This document shows, piece after piece, positions 53,029 through 63,600 of a stretch of 64,000 nucleotides of DNA. Under the pieces are notes generated by a model that searched no databases, was not told the origin of the DNA, and saw nothing but the letters and a program-made list of their open reading frames with translations. Source of the DNA: an uncultured Desulfobulbaceae bacterium (lineage in GTDB: Bacteria; Desulfobacterota; Dissulfuribacteria; Dissulfuribacterales; DYLC01); NCBI GenBank assembly GCA_964427245.1, contig CAYRSX010000038.1:2495-66494 (forward strand), read 5' to 3'. A program made the position numbers and the translations under genes. Position 1 is the stretch's first letter. Every line of letters starts with the position of its first letter.

Positions 53029-53391
53029 ATGAGTGGGTTCGAATCCATTGTCTTGTACCTTGGGATGTCCATTATCGCCATTCTGGCGATGCTTGGCATA
53101 TCGGCATTGTTGGGGCCGTTTCGTCCCAAGTCCCATAAGGCTACCACATATGAATGCGGCGTGCCCCTTTTTGAGGCTGGAATCAAACGCTATGATGTCA
53201 AATATTATTTGGTGGCCGTTCTCTTTCTGGTTTTCGACCTGGAAACCGTTCTGATTTATCCCATAGCTGTGCAATTCAAGTCCCTGGTTCAGCAGGGTTG
53301 GGGTGTCTTTTTTGAGATTTTTGTATTCGTTGCCGTGCTTTTGGCAGGACTGCTCTATGCACTTAAAAAACGGGCTGTAGAGTGGGACTAA
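53029..53391 (+). CDS. nuoA: NADH-quinone oxidoreductase subunit A
   Basis: SD GAGGAGG, three TM helices, YECGV and LFLVFDLE motifs. Confidence 0.9.
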   Translation: MSGFESIVLYLGMSIIAILAMLGISALLGPFRPKSHKATTYECGVPLFEAGIKRYDVKYYLVAVLFLVFDLETVLIYPIAVQFKSLVQQGWGVFFEIFVFVAVLLAGLLYALKKRAVEWD

Positions 53392-53403
53392 GGGGGTATC
53401 GAG

Positions 53404-53925
53404 ATGGGTCTTAAGGCTTATACTGGTGAGGGTTGGTTGCTGACCAAGATGGAGGAGCTGATCAACTGGGGCAGAAAGCGTTCTCCGTGGCCGCTTCCTT
53501 ATGGCACTGCCTGTTGCGGTATAGAGATGATGTGTGCATTGGCCGCCAGTTACGATATGGCGCGTTTTGGGGCTGAGCGTCCCAGCTTTTCTCCTCGTCA
53601 GGCCGATGTGCTCATAGAGGCAGGTACTATTACCAAAAAGATGGCGCCTATTTTGCGGCGCATATATGACCAGATGGCAGAGCCAAAGTGGGTGATCGCC
53701 ATGGGCGCATGTGCCTGCACGGGCGGTGTATTTCGCACCTATTCCACGCTTCAAGGTATAAACAATGTTATTCCTGTGGATGTATATGTTCCCGGTTGCC
53801 CACCTCGTCCGGAGTCTTTGTTGTATGCCCTTATGAAGGTTATGGAAAAGATAGAAAAAGACCATCCGCTTCGCGCCCTATTTGACCGTGAGATCGGACA
53901 GGTCGATTTGAGGAGTTGTCCATGA
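53404..53925 (+). CDS. nuoB: NADH-quinone oxidoreductase subunit B
   Basis: TACCGIEMM ... GACACTGG ... VPGCPPRPE (N2 cluster ligands). Confidence 0.95.
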   Translation: MGLKAYTGEGWLLTKMEELINWGRKRSPWPLPYGTACCGIEMMCALAASYDMARFGAERPSFSPRQADVLIEAGTITKKMAPILRRIYDQMAEPKWVIAMGACACTGGVFRTYSTLQGINNVIPVDVYVPGCPPRPESLLYALMKVMEKIEKDHPLRALFDREIGQVDLRSCP

Positions 53926-54479
53926 GCCTGAAAGATGAAGTGCAGAACTGTTTGGGGCCATTGGTGGTAGCCGTTTCGGAGTGTCAGGGTGATTTGAGCG
54001 TAGAGATATCCCGTGAGAATGTCAGGGCTGCTTTGTCTAAGTTAAAGGAGGCTCCGAATCTTTCTTTTGATTTTCTCAGTGACCTCTTGGGAGTGGATAA
54101 TTCAGAATTATATAAAAAGGCTGCTGTAAAGCCCGTGAAAAAGGCTGAGACAGAGGCTGCTCCGGCAGAGCCCTCCAAGCCTCAGGAATTTCCTCCCAGA
54201 TTTGAGATCATTTATCTGCTGCTGTCCCTCAAGACCAACAGGCGGTTACAGGTCAAGGTGCGCGTGTCTGAAGAGAATCCTGTTGTGGACAGTGTGGTGT
54301 CCCTCTTCAAGGCCGCTACATGGCCTGAACGCGAGGTGTATGACATGTATGGCATTCGTTTCAACGGCCATCCGGATCTCAGGAGATTGCTCATGTGGGA
54401 GGGTTTTCCTGCATATCCTTTGCGCAAGGATTATCCCTTGGATGGCAGAGGGGAAGAGAGGCATCTGATCTATGATTAA
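53922..54479 (+). CDS. nuoC: NADH-quinone oxidoreductase subunit C (with a Lys/Ala/Pro-rich insertion)
   Basis: WPEREVYDMYGIRFNGHPDLRRLL. ATGA overlap with nuoB at 53922. Confidence 0.9.
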   Translation: MSLKDEVQNCLGPLVVAVSECQGDLSVEISRENVRAALSKLKEAPNLSFDFLSDLLGVDNSELYKKAAVKPVKKAETEAAPAEPSKPQEFPPRFEIIYLLLSLKTNRRLQVKVRVSEENPVVDSVVSLFKAATWPEREVYDMYGIRFNGHPDLRRLLMWEGFPAYPLRKDYPLDGRGEERHLIYD

Positions 54480-55584
54480 TTATGATGATTATGTCAAGAT
54501 AAATATCGGTCCTTCTCATCCGGCAATGCACGGCACACTGCGTGTCGTGGCCTATACGGATGGTGAAACTGTTGTCAGCGCTGATCCCGAAATCGGTTAT
54601 CTGCATCGCGGAGTCGAGAAGTTGGGAGAGCATCTGAGTTACCACCAGTTCATTCCCATAACCGACCGCCTCAATTACTGTTCGGCCATCTGCAACAATG
54701 TCTCCTATGAGATGGCGGTGGAGAAGCTGTTGGGTGTGTCCGTGCCAGAAAAGGCTCAGCTTGTTCGTGTGATTATGATGGAACTGGCGAGAATAGCTGA
54801 CCATCAGGTGTGTGTGGGTATTCTTGGTGTGGACCTGGGTGCATTCACTCCGTTTTTTTATCTGATCATACAGCGTGAAGAGATATATGAGATATTTGAA
54901 CACTATAACGGAGCAAGGCTCACCAACACCTTTGGTAGAATCGGTGGAGTTGAGGCGGATCTGCCCGCGGATTTTGAGCAACGTTGGAAAAAGTTGAAAG
55001 AAGGCATAGCTCGTGCAAACGATGAGACCGATAAGTTGCTTACGCATAACCGTATCTGGATGGATCGCACCATCGGCGTTACGGCATTTTCAGCGGAGGA
55101 TGCCTTGGCATGGGGTTTTACAGGCCCTTGTCTTAGGGCCTGCGGCGTCAAGCGGGACCTGCGCAAGGATGAGCCCTACAGCATGTATGACAGGTTTGAT
55201 TTCGAGGTGCCGGTGGGTACAAACGGTGACGTGTTCGATAGATATATGGTGAGAATGCGTGAGATGGAGCAGTCTGTCAAGATAATCGATCAGGCACTGA
55301 AACTCTATAAAAAGATGCCTGCAGATGCCTCTCTTATGGCAAAGGTGCCCAAGACCATCAAACCTGCACCTGGAGAGGTCTATTCCGCGATAGAGTCTCC
55401 CAACGGCGAACTGGGTTTCTTTATCAAGAGCGATGGGTCTGACAAACCTTATCGTATCAAGATACGGCCGCCGTGTTACATGGTTTATCAGGCATTCCCT
55501 GAAATGGTCAAGGGCGAGATGATAGCGGATCTTATTGCTTGTCTAAGCAGTCTGAATGTCATAGCCGGCGAACTGGATCGATAG
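54472..55584 (+). CDS. nuoD: NADH-quinone oxidoreductase subunit D
   Basis: NIGPSHPAMHGTLR, GYLHRGVEK, and a 49-kDa-subunit-like C-terminus. Confidence 0.95.
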   Translation: MINYDDYVKINIGPSHPAMHGTLRVVAYTDGETVVSADPEIGYLHRGVEKLGEHLSYHQFIPITDRLNYCSAICNNVSYEMAVEKLLGVSVPEKAQLVRVIMMELARIADHQVCVGILGVDLGAFTPFFYLIIQREEIYEIFEHYNGARLTNTFGRIGGVEADLPADFEQRWKKLKEGIARANDETDKLLTHNRIWMDRTIGVTAFSAEDALAWGFTGPCLRACGVKRDLRKDEPYSMYDRFDFEVPVGTNGDVFDRYMVRMREMEQSVKIIDQALKLYKKMPADASLMAKVPKTIKPAPGEVYSAIESPNGELGFFIKSDGSDKPYRIKIRPPCYMVYQAFPEMVKGEMIADLIACLSSLNVIAGELDR

Positions 55585-55599
55585 GAAAGGTATGGGCTT

Positions 55600-56640
55600 A
55601 TGAATGATCTGATCATTGCTATAATAAAGGTTGTTTTTATCTGGGTCTGGGTGTTGCTCATCGCAGTAATCATGACATGGGTGGAGCGTAGAGGTGCCGC
55701 CATGATACAGGACAGACCCGGCCCTAATCGTGCCGGGCCATTTGGATTGTTTCAGCCCCTTGCAGACGGCATCAAGCTCTTTACAAAAGAGGATATCATT
55801 CCTGCAAAGGCAAAAAAAATTCTGTTTGTTCTGGGGCCTATTTTGTTTTCTCTGCCGGCCTTTTCCGCCTATGCCGTAGTGCCTTTCGGTGACAAGATTG
55901 TATTGGGTGGAAAGGAGATAATCCTTCAGGTGGCGGATGTGAGTGTGGGTTTTCTTTACATAGTCGCACTTGGTTCCATGGCTGTTTACGGCATAGTGGT
56001 TGGCGGCTGGGCTTCCAATAATAAGTACTCGATTCTTGGTGGGTTACGTGCCACAGCCCAGCTCATTTCATACGAGGTGCCATGGGGTCTGGCCCTTCTG
56101 GCTATAGTAATGGTTTACAGTACCTTCAGCCTTCGAGAGATATCCTTGGCACAGCAAGGCACTTTTCTTGGAATATTGCCCAATTGGGGTGTTTTCAAAC
56201 AGCCTCTTGGTTTTATTCTCTTTATGGTAGCAGCTTATGCCGAGGCCAATCGCGTGCCTTTTGATTTGCCTGAGGCGGAAAGTGAGATAGTTGCTGGTTA
56301 TCATACAGAGTACGGTTCTATGAGACTTGGTGTCTATCTTTTCGGAGAATATGTAAATCTCTGTACACTTTCGGCGCTTATGGTTACATTTTTCTTTGGG
56401 GCATGGCATCTGCCTTACATCGATATGGCTTCGTTTTTGGGGCCCGTTTCCTATGGAATAGCCTCTTTTCTTGTCTTTTTCCTGAAAGTATCCTTTTTTT
56501 TATGGCTTTTTGTTTGGGTCAGATGGACAGTGCCGCGCTTCAGATACGATCAGGTCATGGGGCTTGGCTGGAAGGCGCTTATTCCGTTGGGATTGTTAAA
56601 TCTCTTTTTTACAGCCCTCGCCATTCAATTGACTGCTTAA
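55600..56640 (+). CDS. nuoH: NADH-quinone oxidoreductase subunit H
   Basis: WVERRGAAMIQDRPGPNRAGPFGLFQPLADGIKLF and EAESEIVAGYHTEY. It starts 15 nt after nuoD, leaving no room for nuoEFG. Confidence 0.95.
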   Translation: MNDLIIAIIKVVFIWVWVLLIAVIMTWVERRGAAMIQDRPGPNRAGPFGLFQPLADGIKLFTKEDIIPAKAKKILFVLGPILFSLPAFSAYAVVPFGDKIVLGGKEIILQVADVSVGFLYIVALGSMAVYGIVVGGWASNNKYSILGGLRATAQLISYEVPWGLALLAIVMVYSTFSLREISLAQQGTFLGILPNWGVFKQPLGFILFMVAAYAEANRVPFDLPEAESEIVAGYHTEYGSMRLGVYLFGEYVNLCTLSALMVTFFFGAWHLPYIDMASFLGPVSYGIASFLVFFLKVSFFLWLFVWVRWTVPRFRYDQVMGLGWKALIPLGLLNLFFTALAIQLTA

Positions 56641-56656
56641 GGTAGGAGCAAACACC

Positions 56657-57334
56657 ATGACAAAGCCAGTTATAGAGAAAAAATATAAGTTCTCGGAACA
56701 GATTTATCTCTGGGAACTCATCAAGGGTATGGGGCTCACATGGAAGCATTTTATCTTCAATGTGAGGGCATCCTTTCGGCCCGAACCTCACACAATTCCA
56801 ACCTGCTGGCAGTACCCGGAGGACAGGCGTCCCATTGCCCCTAACTTCAGGGGCGCTCATATGCTGATGTTGGATGAGGAAGGCAGAGAGAAGTGTGTAG
56901 GTTGTGGTATGTGCGCTAAGATATGTCCTGCCAACTGCATAACGGTAGAGAATGCCAAGGTGCCTGAGGGAGAAGAGGCCAAGTATGCAGGCAAGACCTA
57001 TTCCAAGACCTTTACCATCGATTGGCTGCGCTGCATCTTCTGTGGTTTTTGTGAGGAAATCTGTCCCAAAGGTGCCATGATGCTGGGCCCTGAATATGAA
57101 CTTGCCCGTTATACTCCCGAGGAATGCCTGGCGAATAAATCCATGCTCTTGGCCAATTTTCACAAGGCCAAACAGGAAGGCAAGTTGAGACCGCCCAGAG
57201 AGCCTGTGCCTGTGGTTGGAGCTGCGGCAAAGTCTGCTGAAGAGAAGCCAGCTACGTCATCGGAAAAGAAAGGTGATGTGTCTGCAGCAAGGCCCAAAAT
57301 AGCCGAAAAGGCAAAGCCGAAGGCAGCGGAGTAG
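56657..57334 (+). CDS. nuoI: NADH-quinone oxidoreductase subunit I (with a ~50-aa Lys/Ala/Glu/Pro-rich C-terminal tail)
   Basis: CVGCGMCAKICP and CIFCGFCEEICP (two 4Fe-4S motifs). Confidence 0.9.
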   Translation: MTKPVIEKKYKFSEQIYLWELIKGMGLTWKHFIFNVRASFRPEPHTIPTCWQYPEDRRPIAPNFRGAHMLMLDEEGREKCVGCGMCAKICPANCITVENAKVPEGEEAKYAGKTYSKTFTIDWLRCIFCGFCEEICPKGAMMLGPEYELARYTPEECLANKSMLLANFHKAKQEGKLRPPREPVPVVGAAAKSAEEKPATSSEKKGDVSAARPKIAEKAKPKAAE

Positions 57335-57416
57335 ATGGTTGTGAATCTGGCAAAAATAGCCGGTAGAATAGGCATCTCGCCTGTAGCTATGTGAATCTTT
57401 TAGATGGAGTGAGTCT

Positions 57417-57914
57417 ATGGACATATATTTTTGGTTTTTCGCTCTGGTAGCCGTTGCCTCTGGTATATTTATGGTAACGGCCAAGGATCCATTGCCTGGT
57501 GCGTTAGGTCTGCTGACGACCTTTATCTCATTGGCCTCTTTGTACCTGCACCTAAATGCGCCTCTGGTGGCCATTTTCCAGATTACCATATATACAGGCG
57601 CTATTTTGGTTCTGGTGGTCTTCGTTGTCATGCTCCTCATGACTCCGGATGAGGAATTGAGCGTGCAACAATACAATCTGTCCTATAAATTCATGGGGGC
57701 GATAGCAGGCGTGGCAATGACCGCTCTGTTGCTTGTGGGAGTGAGAGGGATCGCGTGTATTGTGGGTGAAAAGGCCCTGCCCAGTGATTTTGGACAGCCA
57801 GGTCTCATAGGCAAACTGCTTTATTCAGATTTTTTGGTGCATTTCGAGGTCGTATCGGTGCTGTTGCTGGTGGCATTGGTGGGCGCCATCTATATATCGA
57901 AGCGTAATCTATAG
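57417..57914 (+). CDS. nuoJ: NADH-quinone oxidoreductase subunit J
   Basis: Position in the operon, five TM segments, IYTGAILVLVVFVVML motif. Confidence 0.85.
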   Translation: MDIYFWFFALVAVASGIFMVTAKDPLPGALGLLTTFISLASLYLHLNAPLVAIFQITIYTGAILVLVVFVVMLLMTPDEELSVQQYNLSYKFMGAIAGVAMTALLLVGVRGIACIVGEKALPSDFGQPGLIGKLLYSDFLVHFEVVSVLLLVALVGAIYISKRNL

Positions 57915-57926
57915 GGAGGCTGGTCA

Positions 57927-58235
57927 ATGGGAGCCGTCACACTCAATCATTACATACTGCTCGCTTCCGTGCTGTTCGGTATCGGAGCCATCGGATTTGT
58001 GACCAGACGAAACGCCATCATACTTTTTATGTCTGTGGAGTTGATGCTGAACGCAGTCAATCTGATGCTGGTTGCCTTTTCACGTTTCAAAGCGGATATG
58101 GCTGGTCAGGTCATGGTGCTTTTCATATATGCTGTGGCTGCGGCTGAGGTGGCTGTGGGCCTTGCGATCCTGATATCCCTCTTTCGACATATGCGTGGAG
58201 TGGATATCAATCGTTTCAATCTGTTGAAGCATTGA
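57927..58235 (+). CDS. nuoK: NADH-quinone oxidoreductase subunit K
   Basis: 102 aa, three TM segments, [11 protein letters not shown]...[12 protein letters not shown]. Confidence 0.9.
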   Translation: MGAVTLNHYILLASVLFGIGAIGFVTRRNAIILFMSVELMLNAVNLMLVAFSRFKADMAGQVMVLFIYAVAAAEVAVGLAILISLFRHMRGVDINRFNLLKH

Positions 58236-58261
58236 AAAGGGGTTAATTTAGGGGGAGTTGC

Positions 58262-60247
58262 ATGGATAACTTTATCTTCTTGATACCACTTATGCCGCTT
58301 TTGGGTTTTATTCTGAACGGCCTCTTCGGTAAGCGTCTGGGCAAGACCTTTGTTTCGTATGTGGGATGCGCCAGTGTAGGCATAGCCTTTGCTATAGCGG
58401 CGTGGATGGCCCTGGAGCTTTTTCATCGGCCCGCTGAGGCAAGGCACATCAGTCAGGTGCTCTGGACATGGATGGCTGTGGGGGATTTCAATGTAAATCT
58501 GGCCCTGATGATAGATCAGCTCTCCTGTGTCATGATTCTGGTGGTGACAGGAGTAGGGTTTCTGATTCATATCTACAGCATCGGTTACATGCACGAAGAC
58601 GAGTCCTACTGGCGCTATTTCGCCTATCTCAACATGTTCGTATTTTTTATGATCATGCTGGTGCTGGGCGCCAACTATGTGGTGATGTTCGTAGGCTGGG
58701 AAGGTGTGGGGCTGGCGTCGTATCTGCTCATAGGTTTCTGGTATAAAGGCAATGCCAATGCCGATGCAGGCAAAAAGGCGTTTGTCGTCAACCGAATCGG
58801 GGATTTTGGATTTATTCTGGGTATGTTCCTGATGTTCTGGACCTTCGGCTCCCTTTCCTATGATGAGGTCTTTCAGTCAGCTTATAAGCTTTATTCCCTG
58901 GGCGAGATACACATAAACGACCCCATTCTCGTGGCTATATGTATTCTGTTTTTCATAGGTGCTACAGGTAAATCAGCACAGATTCCTCTTTATGTGTGGT
59001 TGCCGGACGCAATGGCTGGTCCTACTCCTGTTTCGGCGCTCATTCATGCAGCTACCATGGTGACGGCTGGTGTGTATATGGTCGCGCGGTCCAACATCCT
59101 CTATACACTTTCTCCTACGGCGCTGTTGGTAGTGGGAACTGTGGCGGCGTTTACGGCCTTGATGGCGGCCACAATGGGTATTTTGCAAAATGACATCAAA
59201 CGCGTGTTGGCCTATTCCACAGTGAGCCAGTTGGGTTACATGTTCATCGGCGTGGGTGTCACCGCTTACTGGGCCGGCATATTCCATCTGATGACTCATG
59301 CCTTCTTCAAAGCCTGTCTGTTCCTGTGTTCCGGTTCCGTCATACATGCCATGGGTGGCGAACAGGATATGCGCAAAATGGGTGGTTTGGCTTCAAAAAT
59401 GCCTATCACCTATGCCACAATGCTCATAGCCACCATAGCCATTGCCGGTATTCCTCCTTTTGCTGGTTTTTTCAGCAAGGATGAGATACTTTGGAAGGCC
59501 TTCACATTTCCTTATTATCCTGTAATGGGCAAGGTGATCTGGTTCATGGGCGCCCTTGGTGCGGGCATCACCGCCTTTTATATGTTCAGGCTCATCTTCA
59601 TGACCTTTCATGGCAAGTTTCGCGGTACTCACGAACAGGAGCATCATCTACACGAATCACCTTTGTCCATGACAGGTCCGCTTATGATATTGGCTTTTCT
59701 TTCTCTCACAGGCGGCTGGCTGGGAATACCTCATCTGATCGGAGAGCAGTTGGGCGGCCATTTCCCCAATATGCTGGAGCATTTTCTGGAGCCTGTTTTT
59801 GCCAATTCCCAGCATGTGCTGGAAACGGTGGCTCCAGCAGCCCATTATGCCCATGCGGCCGAGTGGAGTCTGATGGCCCTGTCTGTGGCCATAGCAGGTT
59901 GTGGCATATTTGGGGCATTTTATGTGTATTCTATGCGTTTTCCGGAGCTGCCCGCCCGTTTGGCCGAGGTATATGCCCTGCACTATCGTGTGGTCTATAA
60001 CAAATATTATGTGGATGAGATCTATCACATACTTGTGGTTATGCCCATCTACTATTTCTCCATATTCCTTTGGAAGGTGGTGGATGCCTTTGCAATAGAC
60101 GGAGTTGGCATCAATGGTCAGGCATGGCTGGTGCAGCGTTTTGCCAGGGCCGGAAGTTTTGTGCATAACGGTTATCTGCAGACCTATGCCGCCTTCATGA
60201 TGGTGGGACTGGTGTGTATTCTGTACTATTTCCTGCAGTTGAGATGA
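58262..60247 (+). CDS. nuoL: NADH-quinone oxidoreductase subunit L
   Basis: Antiporter-like, 661 aa, with WEGVGLASYLLIGFW and LPDAMAGPTPVSALIHAATMVTAGVY. Confidence 0.95.
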   Translation: MDNFIFLIPLMPLLGFILNGLFGKRLGKTFVSYVGCASVGIAFAIAAWMALELFHRPAEARHISQVLWTWMAVGDFNVNLALMIDQLSCVMILVVTGVGFLIHIYSIGYMHEDESYWRYFAYLNMFVFFMIMLVLGANYVVMFVGWEGVGLASYLLIGFWYKGNANADAGKKAFVVNRIGDFGFILGMFLMFWTFGSLSYDEVFQSAYKLYSLGEIHINDPILVAICILFFIGATGKSAQIPLYVWLPDAMAGPTPVSALIHAATMVTAGVYMVARSNILYTLSPTALLVVGTVAAFTALMAATMGILQNDIKRVLAYSTVSQLGYMFIGVGVTAYWAGIFHLMTHAFFKACLFLCSGSVIHAMGGEQDMRKMGGLASKMPITYATMLIATIAIAGIPPFAGFFSKDEILWKAFTFPYYPVMGKVIWFMGALGAGITAFYMFRLIFMTFHGKFRGTHEQEHHLHESPLSMTGPLMILAFLSLTGGWLGIPHLIGEQLGGHFPNMLEHFLEPVFANSQHVLETVAPAAHYAHAAEWSLMALSVAIAGCGIFGAFYVYSMRFPELPARLAEVYALHYRVVYNKYYVDEIYHILVVMPIYYFSIFLWKVVDAFAIDGVGINGQAWLVQRFARAGSFVHNGYLQTYAAFMMVGLVCILYYFLQLR

Positions 60248-60296
60248 GAAGGGTTGATTTACTAACGTATTAAATAAGAACAAAGAGGGCTCGGAC

Positions 60297-61871
60297 ATGA
60301 ATGGATTGCAACTCACATACGTCACCTTTATGCCCCTTTTAGGGGTGATTCCCATCCTTTTTATTTCGCAGAAGGGTGAGGCTGGCAAGGCATTGATCAA
60401 ATGGGTCTCCTTTGTCACATCGTTATTGGTCTTTGCCGCTTCCTTGCGGCTCTATGCAGGGTTTGACCCATCCAATCCCGATTTTCAGTTCGTGGAACTG
60501 GCGTCTTGGATACCTGCCTATGGCATCAGTTATCATATGGGTATGGACGGTCTCGTCTTCTGGCTAGTTATGCTGACCACATTTCTGACGCCCATTACAA
60601 TACTTTCCACATGGAAGGCCATAGAGAAACGGGTCAAGGAGTTTCATGTAGCGATGCTGTTTCTGGAGACGGCAATGCTCGGTACCTTTCTGGCCATTGA
60701 TGTCTTCCTATTTTACATATTTTGGGAGTTGCTTCTCATTCCAATGTACCTCATTATCGGTGTTTGGGGTGGAGAGAGAAGGATATATGCGGCAATAAAA
60801 TTTTTCCTGTTCACTGCCGTGGGTTCTCTGCTGATGCTGGTTTGTATCATCGGACTGGTGTATTTTCACAAGGAGACTACAGGGGTCCTCACATTCAATC
60901 TTCTGGAGCTCTACGATACAAAACTTCCTCATATCTATGAATTGTTGTTTTTTGCAGCCTTTGCCCTAGCTTTTGCCATCAAGGTCCCAATGTTTCCACT
61001 GCACACATGGTTGCCGGATGCACACGTGGAGGCCCCTACTGCAGGTTCCGTGATATTGGCCGGTATTCTTTTGAAGATGGGCACTTATGGTTTTATGCGC
61101 TTTGCAATGCCCCTTTTCCCTGCCGGCTCGGAATATTTTACACCGCTCATTATTACACTTTCAGTGATAGGTATCATATACGGTGCATTGGTGGCCATGG
61201 TTCAGCCTGACATCAAGAAGCTGGTGGCCTATTCCTCTGTGTCTCACCTGGGTTATTGTATGCTTGGTCTCTATGCCCTGACTTCACAGGCTGTAGAGGG
61301 TTCGATTTTGCAGATGATCAATCATGGTATTTCCACCAGCGCCTTGTTCCTTCTGGTGGGTGTGGTATATGAGCGCCGTCATACTCGTCTTATCTCGGAA
61401 TATGGCGGCATCGCCCGTATCATGCCGGTTTATGCCACCATCTTTCTTATAATTACGCTTTCTTCCATAGGTCTGCCCAGCACTAACGGGTTTATCGGCG
61501 AATTCTTGATACTCCTGGGGACATTCAAGGTCTATAAGGCCGCGGCGGTTCTGGCGGCATCAGGCGTGATATTGGGCGCTGTATATATGCTCTGGATGGT
61601 GCAGCGAGTCTTTTATGGCGAGGTGACCAATGTTAAGAATCTCACGCTGAAGGATATGACCTGCCGCGAGGTGCTCTATATGCTGCCCCTTCTGGTGATG
61701 GTCTTCTGGATAGGTCTGCATCCAAACTTCTTTTTGAACAAGATGCATGTATCAGTGAATAAGTTTATAGTCCAGACTAAGGTGGAACGATACAAAGGGC
61801 CTCATTGTCCTGTGCAACATGCCAGTCTGGAATCAAGTCAGGCGGCTCATGGCCAGGTTGCAGGGCAGTGA
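60297..61871 (+). CDS. nuoM: NADH-quinone oxidoreductase subunit M
   Basis: Antiporter-like, with [21 protein letters not shown] and [21 protein letters not shown]. Confidence 0.95.
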   Translation: MNGLQLTYVTFMPLLGVIPILFISQKGEAGKALIKWVSFVTSLLVFAASLRLYAGFDPSNPDFQFVELASWIPAYGISYHMGMDGLVFWLVMLTTFLTPITILSTWKAIEKRVKEFHVAMLFLETAMLGTFLAIDVFLFYIFWELLLIPMYLIIGVWGGERRIYAAIKFFLFTAVGSLLMLVCIIGLVYFHKETTGVLTFNLLELYDTKLPHIYELLFFAAFALAFAIKVPMFPLHTWLPDAHVEAPTAGSVILAGILLKMGTYGFMRFAMPLFPAGSEYFTPLIITLSVIGIIYGALVAMVQPDIKKLVAYSSVSHLGYCMLGLYALTSQAVEGSILQMINHGISTSALFLLVGVVYERRHTRLISEYGGIARIMPVYATIFLIITLSSIGLPSTNGFIGEFLILLGTFKVYKAAAVLAASGVILGAVYMLWMVQRVFYGEVTNVKNLTLKDMTCREVLYMLPLLVMVFWIGLHPNFFLNKMHVSVNKFIVQTKVERYKGPHCPVQHASLESSQAAHGQVAGQ

Positions 61872-61909
61872 TGGTGTATGCCAATTTCAAGTGAATAAGG
61901 AGAGAAGAT

Positions 61910-63436
61910 ATGTTCAGCTTAAGTGAGCTCTGGAGAATAACCGGTGGACAGCTCATCCTTTTATTTTTCGCCTTTGTGCTTATGTTTGCCGACCTGTATT
62001 GCTTTCAAAAAAATACACCTGAAAAACGCATGAATAAAATGGGTTGGCTGGCGGTCATCGGTATTCTGGTGGCCCTGGGTCATGTGGTTTACCGCGAATG
62101 GGATTTGACTCAAGTGGTCTTTATGGGTGTGTTTTCCATGGAGAAGTACACGGCCTTTCTGGTGGTGACAACGCTTGTGGCAGGTCTTATTGCAACCCTG
62201 ATCGGTATCGGATATGCACAAAACAATCAGATCGTTCGAACCGAGTATTTTACACTCTCTCTCTTTGGGCTTTATGGAGCGGTGGCAATGCTGCAGTCTA
62301 TTGACCTGCTCATGATGTTCATCGCCCTTGAGATCATGTCTATTGCAGTCTATGTGTTGGCTGGTTTTCTAAAAAAGGACCAGAGGTCTCAGGAAGGGGC
62401 CCTCAAGTACTTCCTGCTCGGCAGCTTCGGTTCCGCATTTTTTCTTTTTGGCGTCGTGCTGTTGTATGGAATTTCTGGAAGTGTCAATCTGTCTCATATA
62501 GCCAAGGTGATCGCTGCAGAGCCTCTGAACAGACCGGAGATACTGGTGGCAATGGCAATGATTATGGCAGGGTTGTTTTTCAAGATGGCTCTGGTGCCTT
62601 TTCATATGTGGACGCCCGATGTGTATGAAGGCAGCCCTTCTGCTATCACTGGTTATATGGCTACGGTAGTGAAGGTGGTGGCATTCGGGGCCTTTGTGAA
62701 GGTGTTTTTTGTGGTCTTTACCCCTCTGCTTGCTGAAAGCGGAGAGCCGATTTTTCAGGGAGTCAGCCGTCTTTCCGCATTGTCGGTCTATTGGAAGCCT
62801 GTTGTGTGGTGGATAGCGCTTCTTACAATGTTTTTCGGTAATCTCATCGCTGTCTCTCAACAGAATGTTAAGCGTATGCTGGCGTATTCTTCTGTTGCCC
62901 ATGCCGGTTATATGGCCCTGGGTATTCTGGCCGATAACGGTGAGGGCCGCATGGCCATCCTTTTCTATCTTCTGGCCTATACATTTATGAATTTTGGCGC
63001 CTTCGGTGTCTTGTATGTCATAGATGGTAAGGAGCGTCATGCCCAGGAGTTGGAAGATTATCGCGGGTTGGCTTATGTCAGGCCTGGTCTGGCGTTTTTG
63101 ATGTCGTTGTTCCTGGTATCCATGGCAGGGTTGCCGCCCACTGTGGGTTTCATTGCTAAATTCTATCTTTTTGCAGCTATAATTAAAGAAGGCTATTTTC
63201 TGCTGGCCACCCTGGGCATTCTGACAAGTGCTATCGGTGCCTATTACTATCTGAGAGTGATTTATATGCTTTATATGAAAGATCCTGTCCGTGAGGTAGT
63301 ACCAGGAAATGTAAATCTTGCTACATATCTGGCCCTTATTATAGCTGCTATCAGCGTATTATATTTGGGGATATTGCCGTCCAATGTGGCAAAAATGGCG
63401 GATGTAGCGCAGCATACGTTGTCGTTTGTCTTCTGA
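61910..63436 (+). CDS. nuoN: NADH-quinone oxidoreductase subunit N
   Basis: Antiporter-like, with LEIMSIAVYVLAGF and PFHMWTPDVYEGSPSAITGYM. Confidence 0.95.
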   Translation: MFSLSELWRITGGQLILLFFAFVLMFADLYCFQKNTPEKRMNKMGWLAVIGILVALGHVVYREWDLTQVVFMGVFSMEKYTAFLVVTTLVAGLIATLIGIGYAQNNQIVRTEYFTLSLFGLYGAVAMLQSIDLLMMFIALEIMSIAVYVLAGFLKKDQRSQEGALKYFLLGSFGSAFFLFGVVLLYGISGSVNLSHIAKVIAAEPLNRPEILVAMAMIMAGLFFKMALVPFHMWTPDVYEGSPSAITGYMATVVKVVAFGAFVKVFFVVFTPLLAESGEPIFQGVSRLSALSVYWKPVVWWIALLTMFFGNLIAVSQQNVKRMLAYSSVAHAGYMALGILADNGEGRMAILFYLLAYTFMNFGAFGVLYVIDGKERHAQELEDYRGLAYVRPGLAFLMSLFLVSMAGLPPTVGFIAKFYLFAAIIKEGYFLLATLGILTSAIGAYYYLRVIYMLYMKDPVREVVPGNVNLATYLALIIAAISVLYLGILPSNVAKMADVAQHTLSFVF

Positions 63437-63458
63437 CAGTTTTGTTTGTTAAGCAGGA

Positions 63459-63486
63459 ATGTCGAGGGAGTTCTCGGCATTTTTTT
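63459..63486 (+). terminator. rho-independent terminator after nuoN
   Basis: ATGTCGAG-ggagtt-CTCGGCAT (8 bp including one G-U pair) followed by TTTTTT. Confidence 0.7.
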
Positions 63487-63600
63487 GTAAAAAAACAGAT
63501 TGTGCAGAAAATTGTTTGAACTGTATGGAGTTATAGGCTATTAATGAAAAATTAAAGATTTATAGAATGGATTCGGTATCTTGAATTTTTGGAGGACGCA

